Below are positions 38,113-46,710 of a DNA stretch of 64,000 nucleotides, one piece after another. The DNA is from Pseudomonas sp. (lineage in GTDB: Bacteria > Pseudomonadota > Gammaproteobacteria > Pseudomonadales > Pseudomonadaceae). The position numbers and the translations under genes were made by a program. The stretch covers positions 49,169 to 113,168 of the forward strand of contig NZ_JAQGNX010000179.1 in the NCBI RefSeq assembly GCF_028293835.1. The letters are read 5' to 3'. How positions within the stretch are numbered: position 1 is the first letter of the stretch; each line of letters starts with the position of its first letter. Below the pieces are notes generated by a model. That model worked only from the letters and a program-made list of their open reading frames with translations, was not told where the DNA came from and searched no databases.

Positions 38113-39654
38113 ATGGTCGCAGTTAGTGCTGCCCATGCGTGCAATGTCGAAGCCTACCGGCTTGGGCATTTCATTGATTCATTGGGTCCGGATGAGGTTG
38201 AAATCGTCGAGGAGCCGGTTGACCTGGCCGATATCGCGGCACGTCTGGAGGGTAATCCACGGGCCGTGCTGTTTCGCCAGGTCGGACCTGAGCGTGTGCC
38301 TCTGGTGGGTAACCTCACTGGCAGTCGGGCACGTCTGGCACGGGCATTCGATGTAGACCCGGCGCAGTTGCTGCCTGAGCTACTGAAGCGGCTGTCACGG
38401 CCGCCGCGGAGTGTCGAGCTGAGCCGCGAGGCAGCGCCCGTACAACAAGTGGTGCTGACAGGTGAAGACGCAGACTTCACTGCACTGCCAGTGCATTTGC
38501 AACACGGTCTGGATGGCGGTCCCTATCTTTCAGCTTCTATCGATTATGTACGGGATGCGCGTACCGGCCATACCAACGTGGGTGTGCGCCGGTTGATGCT
38601 GCGTGGTCGTCGCGAGGCGGGGATCGACCTGATTTCGCCCAGTGACCTGCGGGCCATTTATGAAGGTGCGTTGGCGCGCGGCGAACGCTTGCCGGTGAGT
38701 TTCGTGGTCGGTTGCCATCCGCTTGATCATGTTGCTGCGACGATGAGGCTGCCGGTCGATGAGCTTGGTCTGGTCGCTTCGCTGCGTAACGAGCCGCTGC
38801 CAGTTGTCAAGTGCATCACCAATGACATCATGGTGCCGGCCGACGCCGAATACGTGCTTGAAGGCTATCTGGACGAGCGTGGTTACAGCGAGGCAGAAGG
38901 TCCATACGGCGAGTTTCTTGGCTATTACGGCGGGGTCAAGCGCAACCCGGTATTTCATTTGACGGCCGTCACCCATCGCCGCGACCCGATATTCCAGACC
39001 ATGACTATCAGTGGTCCGACAATGGGCTACACGGACAGCTCGCCGCTGATCGCGTTGCGTACCGAGGCGATGCTGTGGCGCGCGCTGCAAGGGGCGGTGC
39101 GTGAGCCGGTCGCGGTCTATGCGACGGGGGCCAGCGGCGGCATGTTCAACGTGCGTATCGCGATTCGTCAGCGTGTGCCGGGCGAGGCACGCAATGCAAT
39201 TGCTGCGGCCTTCGCCAGCCTGGCCAACGTGAAGAACGTGTTCGTTGTCGATCCGGATGTGGATATCTTCTCCGATCAACAGATGGACTGGGCGCTGGCA
39301 ACGCGCTTCCAGGCCGCGCGTGATCTGGTGATTGCCGAGGGGATGCGCGCATTGCCGCTGGATCCTTCGTTGGGGCCGGATCGACTGGGATCCAAGGCAG
39401 GTTTCGACTTGACCTGGCCATTTGGTACCGGCAACGCATTTGATCGTCAGGTGCCGGCACCGCCGCGACATGACGGCGCGCGCTTCGATTCGGTCGAGGC
39501 GGCGCTTGAGCATGGGCCGAAATACTTCGTTGAGCTGATGGATGCTGTCGGTAGCCGCGACGGCCGGGAAATTGTCCGCACGCTTGAAGCGCTGCGCGCT
39601 AACCCGGGGCTGGAACGCGATAACGACGGTCGCTATCTGTTTTCAGATCGCTGA
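38113..39654 (+). CDS. UbiD family prFMN-dependent (de)carboxylase
   Basis: VLFRQV...LVGNL, DGGPYLS, NVGVRRLM, EGPYGEFLGYY, VFVVDPDVDIF, WALATRFQ; about 55-aa C-terminal extension; GGAGG RBS. Confidence 0.92.
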   Translation: MVAVSAAHACNVEAYRLGHFIDSLGPDEVEIVEEPVDLADIAARLEGNPRAVLFRQVGPERVPLVGNLTGSRARLARAFDVDPAQLLPELLKRLSRPPRSVELSREAAPVQQVVLTGEDADFTALPVHLQHGLDGGPYLSASIDYVRDARTGHTNVGVRRLMLRGRREAGIDLISPSDLRAIYEGALARGERLPVSFVVGCHPLDHVAATMRLPVDELGLVASLRNEPLPVVKCITNDIMVPADAEYVLEGYLDERGYSEAEGPYGEFLGYYGGVKRNPVFHLTAVTHRRDPIFQTMTISGPTMGYTDSSPLIALRTEAMLWRALQGAVREPVAVYATGASGGMFNVRIAIRQRVPGEARNAIAAAFASLANVKNVFVVDPDVDIFSDQQMDWALATRFQAARDLVIAEGMRALPLDPSLGPDRLGSKAGFDLTWPFGTGNAFDRQVPAPPRHDGARFDSVEAALEHGPKYFVELMDAVGSRDGREIVRTLEALRANPGLERDNDGRYLFSDR

Positions 39655-39793
39655 CGCCAGCCAGCAATGCCCGCCCAACAGCCATAGGCGCCTGTTGCAG
39701 GTTTTTAAAGGTGATCGAGCGACGGAATGAGTCCGTCTGTTCGTTCGTCCGCGGCGCGGTGCGCCGCTTTCAGTTAAACGGGATACTCATTTC

Positions 39794-40525
39794 ATGAAAG
39801 GTGAATTCATCGATCTGACCATGATCGACGGGCAAACCCTCCACGCCTATCGCGCGTTGCCCCCGTCGGGCCACGGTCCTGCGGTTGTGGTGTTGCAGGA
39901 GATTTTCGGGGTCAACGAGGCGATGCGCTCGGTGGCGGATGATCTGGCCGAGCAGGGCTATGTTGCGCTGGTACCGGATGTGTTCTGGCGTTTGCAACCA
40001 GGCGTGGAGCTTGGTTACGGCGAAGAAGACAGTCGCACGGCGTTCGGGTTGTGGCAGCGTTTCGACCTGGCCCAGGGTGTGGATGATGTGGTGAAAGTGA
40101 TTCAAGCCGTGCGCGCACGCGATGAGGTCCAAGGTGGGGTCGGGCTGCTCGGCTTTTGTTTGGGGGGCCAACTGACGGTCAAAGTCGCAGCGAAGGTCAA
40201 GGTGGACGCCGCGGTTTGTTTCTACGGCACCCGACTTGGGGATTCGCTGGAGGAGATTGCCGCCATTGATGCGCCGACGCTGTTCCATTTCGGCAGTGCC
40301 GATCCTCACGTACCGGCAGAAGTGCGTGAAGCTGTCTCCCGTGTCGCGCAGACACAGCCGCATATGCGGGTAAACGTATACCCGCAAGCGGTGCATGGTT
40401 TCTTCAATGCGTTCCGCGAATCTTCGTTCCATGTGGAAGCGCACCGGCAGGCATGGCTGGATAGTTTGAACTTGCTGCGCGAAGCGCTGTTCGATTTTCC
40501 GCAGACATCTGCTGTCGGCCACTAG
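39794..40525 (+). CDS. Dienelactone hydrolase family protein
   Basis: VLQEIFGVN, GFCLGG (Cys nucleophile), YPQAVHGF. Confidence 0.9.
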   Translation: MKGEFIDLTMIDGQTLHAYRALPPSGHGPAVVVLQEIFGVNEAMRSVADDLAEQGYVALVPDVFWRLQPGVELGYGEEDSRTAFGLWQRFDLAQGVDDVVKVIQAVRARDEVQGGVGLLGFCLGGQLTVKVAAKVKVDAAVCFYGTRLGDSLEEIAAIDAPTLFHFGSADPHVPAEVREAVSRVAQTQPHMRVNVYPQAVHGFFNAFRESSFHVEAHRQAWLDSLNLLREALFDFPQTSAVGH

Positions 40526-40590
40526 CCGGCTCCGTTTTCGCATACCTGACGACGAGCCTGTAAGGGCTGAATCAACAAAGGGTGAACGTC

Positions 40591-42030
40591 ATGCATACCA
40601 AGAACAAGAAAGTGCTGGATGTGACGAAATTGATTGAAGATCCGCGCATGGGAGCAAGGCGCTGGGGGTTGGTTGTTTTGTGTCTGATTGTCGTCATCTT
40701 TGACGGCTTTGATGCACAAGTCATCGGCTATGCCGCACCAGCGTTGATCCGTAGCTGGCATGTGGGCCGTGACGTGCTTGGGCCGGTTATCAGTGCCGGG
40801 CTGTTTGGCTTGATGCTGGGTGCGCTGGTATTGGGGACGTTAGGTGATCGCATCGGGCGCAAGTCGATCATATTGATTTCGGTAACGGTGTTTGGGATTG
40901 GCTCGTTGCTGACCGTGTTCGCCGAGAACGCCCAACAGATGATGATACTGCGCTTCCTTACAGGCATTGGCCTGGGTGGAGCAATGCCAGGTGCAATTGC
41001 GCTGGTGTCCGAATACGTACCCACTCGGCTACGTGTCAGCCTGGTGACAATAACCGTGTGTGGCTTTGCCATCGGCCCGGCGCTCGGCGGATTCGTTGCC
41101 GGGCCTCTGATTAATCTCTACGGGTGGCCGTCGCTCTTCGTGCTGGGCAGTGTCCTGCCATTGCTGCTGTTGCCGGTCTTGTGGCGGATGCTGCCGGAAT
41201 CCTCGCGTTTTCTGATTGCTCGTGGGGATTCGCCGGAAAAGATTACTCGTAACCTCCAGCGGCTGTTCCCGGAGCATCGGTTGTCTGCAGACGAGGAATA
41301 TGGACAGCCCGAAGGACGAGTGCCAAGGGCGTCGGTGCGTGAGGTTTTTGCCGAGGGCAGGGGGTTGGGCACGGTACTTCTTTGGAGCGCTATTTTCTTC
41401 AATCTGATTGGCATCAACCTGCAAACCAGCTGGCTGCCGACGATGATCAGTGAGCTTGGCTATCCCATCGAGCAGGCCGTCACCGCGACCGCAATGCTGC
41501 ATGTCGGCGGTGCGCTCGGTGGGCTGGTATTGAGTCGACTGCTTGACCGCGTCGATCCTTTGCGTGCGGTGGCAGTCATTGGCATGATTTCGGGCCTGTT
41601 TGTGATATTGATTGGCTTCAGCGGCGGGTCATTAATGATGCTGCGCTTTTCGATATTCTTCGCCGGCTTGTTCGTGGTGGGGGGGCAGTCGGCACTGAAT
41701 GCAATGAGCGGCATGTTCTACCCGAGCCACATTCGTTCGACCGGTGCCGGCTGGGCGCTGGGTATAGGGCGTCTGGGAGCCGCGGCAGGACCTATAGTCG
41801 GCTCTGCGCTTGCCGCCTTGCACATGGATATCCGCATGCTCTATTACGTGGAAGCTGTGCCGTTCTTTCTGATGGGCGCTGCGGTCTTCGGTATCGGCCT
41901 TACCCGTCGTCGGGGTCTGCGTTCCCAGGCCGTTGACACTGAAGAGGTCGGGTCAGCGTTACCGATGACGGCAATGGGAGGCTTTGCCGGGCGACCCGAT
42001 GCCGGCAGCGCAGCGGAAGAGCAGCGATGA
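40591..42030 (+). CDS. MFS aromatic acid:H+ symporter family transporter
   Basis: DGFDAQVIGYAAPAL, LGDRIGRK, RFLTGIGLGG, LPES, GRLGAAAGP. Confidence 0.9.
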   Translation: MHTKNKKVLDVTKLIEDPRMGARRWGLVVLCLIVVIFDGFDAQVIGYAAPALIRSWHVGRDVLGPVISAGLFGLMLGALVLGTLGDRIGRKSIILISVTVFGIGSLLTVFAENAQQMMILRFLTGIGLGGAMPGAIALVSEYVPTRLRVSLVTITVCGFAIGPALGGFVAGPLINLYGWPSLFVLGSVLPLLLLPVLWRMLPESSRFLIARGDSPEKITRNLQRLFPEHRLSADEEYGQPEGRVPRASVREVFAEGRGLGTVLLWSAIFFNLIGINLQTSWLPTMISELGYPIEQAVTATAMLHVGGALGGLVLSRLLDRVDPLRAVAVIGMISGLFVILIGFSGGSLMMLRFSIFFAGLFVVGGQSALNAMSGMFYPSHIRSTGAGWALGIGRLGAAAGPIVGSALAALHMDIRMLYYVEAVPFFLMGAAVFGIGLTRRRGLRSQAVDTEEVGSALPMTAMGGFAGRPDAGSAAEEQR

Positions 42031-42599
42031 GCGTTGCGCGACGTATGGTGGTCGGCATCTCCGGTGCCTCCGGGGCCATATACGGTGTGCGGGCACTGAT
42101 ATTGCTGCGCTATGCGGGGGTGGAAACACATCTGGTGATGAGTCGGGCTGCCAAGCTTACCCTGACCTATGAGACTGACATGAAGGTTGCCGAGGTGGAG
42201 GCGCTTGCTGATGTTGTGCATCGCGCCGACAACATCGGCGCTTCAATCTCCAGCGGCTCGTTCTCTAATCTGGGCATGCTGATTGCGCCTTGTTCGATCC
42301 GTACCTTGTCCGAGATCGCCAGTGGTGTAACCAGCAGCTTGATGTCGCGTGCCGCCGACGTCGCACTGAAGGAGCGTCGACGTGTGGTGCTGATGGTGCG
42401 TGAGGCGCCATTACATGCCGGACATCTGCGCAGCATGCTGGCGGTCACCGAGATGGGGGCGATAGTTTCGCCGCCGGTCCCGGCATTCTATGCACGTCCG
42501 ACTTCCATCGAAGCGTTGGTCGATCACAGCGTCGGGCGGGCACTGGACCTGTTTGGCCTGGACGTAGGTGTCGAGCAGCGTTGGGACGGGATCGGCTGA
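42027..42599 (+). CDS. ubiX: Flavin prenyltransferase UbiX
   Basis: VVGISGASG, APCSIRTL, RAADVALKERR, RE, PPVPAFY. Confidence 0.93.
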   Translation: MSVARRMVVGISGASGAIYGVRALILLRYAGVETHLVMSRAAKLTLTYETDMKVAEVEALADVVHRADNIGASISSGSFSNLGMLIAPCSIRTLSEIASGVTSSLMSRAADVALKERRRVVLMVREAPLHAGHLRSMLAVTEMGAIVSPPVPAFYARPTSIEALVDHSVGRALDLFGLDVGVEQRWDGIG

Positions 42600-42650
42600 T
42601 ACGGTCTTCGTCTTGCCGATCCCTCATGTTCTGCGCGCTCAGAAGACGAG

Positions 42651-42685
42651 AACACCAAACCCGCCTCCGAGGCGGGTTTGGTGTT
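42651..42685. terminator. Strong terminator hairpin after ubiX
   Basis: AACACCAAACCCGCC-TCCGA-GGCGGGTTTGGTGTT, 15-bp perfect stem. Confidence 0.8.
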
Positions 42686-42776
42686 TGTTAACGCGCGGTG
42701 ATGATTGCCGGAATTTGCCGGACGCGGGGCTAAAACAACACCCCGTAGCGCGACATGCGTACCACGGGGTGGTTGC

Positions 42777-44126
42777 TTAGTTACGTCCCGGTAGTTCGGA
42801 CGGCAATCCGAACATGTCGCCCAGATTGAGCGACAGGCGTAAGCCAACTATCCATGAGTCATCCGGAGCGAAAGTGGCATCGGGGCGCTGGCTGGTATCA
42901 GGATGAATGATGTATTCAATATTCGGTGAGAGCGTGACGCCCGGCCACAATTGATAACCATAGTTTGCCTCGATCATGTCGCTGCGGTTGTCTACAAAGG
43001 AGGTACTGCCATTCTTGGCCAGTAACTGATTCATGTAACTGGTTTGTTTCTGACTGAACACTGCGTGGGTCTCCATCAGGCCAACGCTGTCGTTCGGCCG
43101 ACTGGCAAACGGGCCGCTGAAGACTACGCCCAGCGTGCTCTGGGAATCGAAAATCTGGTTGTCGTCGTGCGGCGCTGCCCAGGACGCAAACACGGCGAGA
43201 TTGCGCTTTGTCTCATCGGGCCGATACACCACTTGGTCGAATAGGGCGTAGACACCGGTGTGGTTGCCGTCATGGCTCAGTGGAGGGCCTGGAACCAGCG
43301 CGCGTGACTGACCGTTGGCATTGAGTTGAGGATCAATTTGGGGGGCGTCGTTGCGCCACCAGCCGATTTTATAGTGTCTCGGATATTTGTCATTGCTGAA
43401 GTTGGTTTCATATCCTGCTTCGACGGGGACCACATTGCCGGTACTTTCATGGAAGCTCATATTGAGGCCGTGGTTCAAACGCCGGTTTGGGTCGACCTGA
43501 TAGATACCTGCTTGCATATAGAGTTTTGGGGTGGGATTGACCTTGATACGGCCTCCCCAGGTGACGTACGGGAAACCGCTGAAGCCGCCAGTAAACAGGG
43601 GCAGATAGTACGGACACTGCGAGCCGCTGATGAACTTGCAACCATAGGTCGGTCTTGCAAATGCCGCCGTTGCGTTGGTGCGTCCGGCGTAGATATTGAC
43701 CTTGCCGTCAGCCAGCACCTGCTCCCAGGCAAATTGCGCCAGCTGGGTGGTCTGGTAAGGGTAGTACCAGCCCTGTGACTTGATGTAGTTACCAACCTTG
43801 TTCTGCACCGTTTCGCCATAGTTCTTGGCAAACAGTACATGCAGCTGTCCGCCTGGTACCCCGAGTAGCTTTTCGAAATTGAAATCGGCTCCCAGCGTCG
43901 TGGTGCCAGCATTTGCGCTGCCCCGTTCGAGGCCGCCGCTGACATTGCTTTGAAAGTCATTGTTCAGCGTTGCCCGTACCAGAACCCCCTCGTCATATAG
44001 CTGTTGAAGCACATTTTTCAATGCAGGGTCTACGGTTTGCTCCGCCTTGGCTGAGTTCAGCCAAGACATGCCGGTCAGCAAGGTCAATCCGGCTACGATC
44101 GTCGCACTCGAATAGAGTCGTGCCAT
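42777..44126 (-). CDS. OprB family porin
   Basis: Signal peptide; QLAQFAWEQ, FPYVTWGGR, YPRHYKIGWW, YALFDQVV, IEANYGYQ, SPNIEYIIHP. Confidence 0.85.
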   Translation of the reverse strand: MARLYSSATIVAGLTLLTGMSWLNSAKAEQTVDPALKNVLQQLYDEGVLVRATLNNDFQSNVSGGLERGSANAGTTTLGADFNFEKLLGVPGGQLHVLFAKNYGETVQNKVGNYIKSQGWYYPYQTTQLAQFAWEQVLADGKVNIYAGRTNATAAFARPTYGCKFISGSQCPYYLPLFTGGFSGFPYVTWGGRIKVNPTPKLYMQAGIYQVDPNRRLNHGLNMSFHESTGNVVPVEAGYETNFSNDKYPRHYKIGWWRNDAPQIDPQLNANGQSRALVPGPPLSHDGNHTGVYALFDQVVYRPDETKRNLAVFASWAAPHDDNQIFDSQSTLGVVFSGPFASRPNDSVGLMETHAVFSQKQTSYMNQLLAKNGSTSFVDNRSDMIEANYGYQLWPGVTLSPNIEYIIHPDTSQRPDATFAPDDSWIVGLRLSLNLGDMFGLPSELPGRN

Positions 44127-44372
44127 ATCCTTCTCCTCTCTTATTGTTGACGGCAACAGATGCGCCATCTTTATTGTTTGACACTATACAATAGCATTTT
44201 ACATTGATGGTCAATCCCAAGGTTCGAATCTATAGCAACATTCATGAAATCGTTCTTGGCGAGAGGGGACGGGGCAGGGCAGGACCGGACCGGAACACCG
44301 CAATGGGCGCCAGCGATGGGGTTGTCTTGGAGACGTGTCTGGGTTGCGTCGATATGGTTTTTACAGTGGAAG

Positions 44373-44468
44373 CCGCTGCTATTCGCCCTGACCGGCGGGG
44401 TATGGTTCCTCTGGCTGCCGGGATTCAACCTCTCGGTCGCTACCGGAGTAGGCTTTATGGCACTGGCT
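44373..44468 (+). pseudogene. Fragment of a CusA/CzcA heavy-metal RND pump gene
   Basis: PLLFALTGGVWFLWLPGFNLSVATGVGFMALA matches the remembered CusA segment PFALxGGIWxL...G(Y/F)NLSVATGVGFIALA; no start or remainder of gene. Confidence 0.7.
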
Positions 44469-44496
44469 GACCCTACCAACCGTAAAGGAAAGTCGT

Positions 44497-44628
44497 ATGA
44501 AAATGACCTCTATTGCAGTTGCTCCCACCGCTCCTGCGTTGGGCCTTTCTGTCCGCGCAAAGGCGGGCGCAGCAGCAATGGTAGAGTGCAACCCTTCAGG
44601 TTTTGAGGAATACCCATGCCCCTTATAA
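44497..44628 (+). pseudogene. Short ORF with eroded signal peptide, possibly a CusF-like remnant
   Basis: AAAGGAAA RBS then MKMTSIAVAPTAPALGLSVRAKA; 43 codons; position just after the cusA fragment. Confidence 0.4.
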
Positions 44629-45632
44629 AACTACCGTGTCTGGCGCTTGCCTTTGCCCTACCGTTTATGGCCTTGGTCGCGCCTTTCGCGCAGGCCGCGA
44701 GTTATGGCCAAGAGCTTCAAGGCTTCCGATACCCTTACCCCGTGCAGCTGTTCGAACTCGAATCCCAAGGGCAGACCTTGAAGATGGGCTATATGGACGT
44801 CGCACCCACAGGTGTCGCCAACGGTCGCACCGCCGTGCTGATGCACGGCAAGAATTTTTGCGGCGCGACGTGGGAGGACAGTATCAAGGCCCTCAGCGCT
44901 TCCGGTTATCGGGTTGTAGTACCGGACCAGATCGGTTTTTGCACCTCGACCAAGCCTGAGCACTACCAATACAGCTTTCAGCAATTATCGGCCAACACCC
45001 ACGCACTGTTGGCCAGTCTCGATGTAACCAAAGCCACCGTCATTGGCCACTCCACGGGCGGCATGCTGGGTACTCGGTATGCTTTGTTGTATCCGGAGCA
45101 AACCGAGCAGTTGGTGCTGGTCAATCCGATTGGCCTGGAAGACTGGAAAGCCTTGGGCGTGCCGTGGCGCAGTGTCGATCAATGGTATGAACGAGAGCTT
45201 AAGCTAAGCGCGGAAGGCACTCGCCAGTACGAGCAAAGCACTTATTACGCTGGGCACTGGAAGCCCGAGTACGATCGTTGGGTGGACATGTTGGCCGGCC
45301 TGAACAGCGGACCAGGGCACAAGGTGGTGGCTTGGAACTCAGCATTGATTTACGACATGATTTTCACCCAGCCGGTATTTTACGAACTACCGAATCTCAA
45401 GGTGCCGACCTTGTTGATGATCGGTGACGCCGACACCACGGCCATCGGCAGTGACATTGCATCGCCGCAGGTGAAGGCCAGGATCGGCCATTACGATGTC
45501 CTCGGCAAGCAGGCCGCCAAGCTGATTCCGGGGGCCAGGCTGATCGAATTTCCCGGCAAAGGCCATGCGCCGCAGATGGAAGACCCTGCCGGGTTCAATA
45601 AGATACTGGTTGAAGCGTTGAGCCGGGGCTGA
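44616..45632 (+). CDS. Exported alpha/beta hydrolase
   Basis: Signal peptide; LMHGKNF, PDQIGF, GHSTGG, GHAPQ. Confidence 0.85.
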   Translation: MPLIKLPCLALAFALPFMALVAPFAQAASYGQELQGFRYPYPVQLFELESQGQTLKMGYMDVAPTGVANGRTAVLMHGKNFCGATWEDSIKALSASGYRVVVPDQIGFCTSTKPEHYQYSFQQLSANTHALLASLDVTKATVIGHSTGGMLGTRYALLYPEQTEQLVLVNPIGLEDWKALGVPWRSVDQWYERELKLSAEGTRQYEQSTYYAGHWKPEYDRWVDMLAGLNSGPGHKVVAWNSALIYDMIFTQPVFYELPNLKVPTLLMIGDADTTAIGSDIASPQVKARIGHYDVLGKQAAKLIPGARLIEFPGKGHAPQMEDPAGFNKILVEALSRG

Positions 45633-45645
45633 ACGACCTGGCCAT

Positions 45646-46473
45646 TTAATCGCCGTCTTTGGCAACGCCAGCACCAATGATGTGATGGCGTGCCAGAGAT
45701 GCCGCGACGAACCCCGAGGTTTTCATCTCTTCCACAAAGCTCGACAGGTAGGCCGCAACCGCCTCGCCTTTGGCCTTCGGAACGCCCATTGCTTGGCGGA
45801 TAACCATGAAGTGCGGCTCCACAATCCTCAGGCCGCCGACCCTTGTGGCGTCTTTTTCAAGTTGCTGGCGGATTCCGGAAGCCACGTCCAGGTGCTGATC
45901 CAGAAAGCCCTGAACGACCCCCTGAGAGGTGGCCACGCGCACGATCGTCGCGTTGTGCAGTTCACGGGTCAGGAACAAATCATAAGCACTGCCTTTGCTT
46001 GTTGCCACGGTAATGCCGGGCTGGTCGACCTGTTCCAGGGTGTTGATCGGTGAATCGGCCCGTACCGCATAAACACCTTCAATCAACACGTAGGGTTTGG
46101 TGAACTGGATGGCCTGTCCACGTTTGGGGTCGATAGCAAAAAACCCGACGTCGGCCTTGTCCTGCTCAACATTTTCGACTGATAGATTGGCAGAGGGGAC
46201 CACCACCAGTTGTAAACCAACGCCGAGCCGTTTTGCCAATTCTGTCGCAAGGTCAATGGAGACACCCACTGGCTTGCCGGTTTCCGGGTCCTGATTGGCC
46301 AGAATAGCGTTACCCAGATTGATTGATACGCGGAGCGTCCCGCTCGGGGCGAAGGTTGATGCGAGGGCGGGCGACAGCTGATTAGACGCCGAGCCAGCCC
46401 CATGACTGGCATCGGCTGCAATGAACGTTGCGGCAGTGAGGAACACGCGGAGTAACCGGTTGCGGTTGAGCAT
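45646..46473 (-). CDS. Orphan periplasmic substrate-binding protein (polar amino-acid type)
   Basis: MLNRNRLL signal peptide; GTLRVSINLGN, DVGFFAIDPKR, KGSAYDLFL; no permease or ATPase next to it. Confidence 0.8.
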   Translation of the reverse strand: MLNRNRLLRVFLTAATFIAADASHGAGSASNQLSPALASTFAPSGTLRVSINLGNAILANQDPETGKPVGVSIDLATELAKRLGVGLQLVVVPSANLSVENVEQDKADVGFFAIDPKRGQAIQFTKPYVLIEGVYAVRADSPINTLEQVDQPGITVATSKGSAYDLFLTRELHNATIVRVATSQGVVQGFLDQHLDVASGIRQQLEKDATRVGGLRIVEPHFMVIRQAMGVPKAKGEAVAAYLSSFVEEMKTSGFVAASLARHHIIGAGVAKDGD

Positions 46474-46630
46474 GTGATGGGCCTTTTGCTGGGACGTAGA
46501 CGGGGTTTCGCAGCATAACCGCGAAACACCGCGTTGCGGCACCGGATCGATTCCGTAAATCGCACAACCCACTGCGTAGAGCCGGCCCCAAGCGTGACTG
46601 ATTATGCCAGACATATCTTGAGGCATTTCA

Positions 46631-46692
46631 TCACATGTGAGCGATTGCGTCGTCCAGCACTCAAGCGTAGGGTGCTGACTTGTCACATGTGA
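46631..46692. promoter_or_regulatory. Two perfect TCACATGTGA palindromes upstream of yjfI
   Basis: Sites at 46631-46640 and 46683-46692, 52 bp apart, enclosing CAGCAC-N11-GTGCTG. Confidence 0.7.
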
Positions 46693-46710
46693 TGTCTCGG
46701 AGGGCACTCA

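Noticed and set aside
38113-42599. Calling this pair the housekeeping ubiquinone ubiD/ubiX
   Set aside because: Catabolic context, variant motif and C-terminal extension argue for a different UbiD clade; ubiX symbol kept only as the family name.
45646-46707. Long 5' extensions given by the ORF track for this and other genes (also 1501, 2724, 9444, 19700, 22360, 57766, 62124, 62971)
   Set aside because: Extensions overlap neighbouring genes or regulatory DNA; downstream starts have an RBS and family-typical N-termini.
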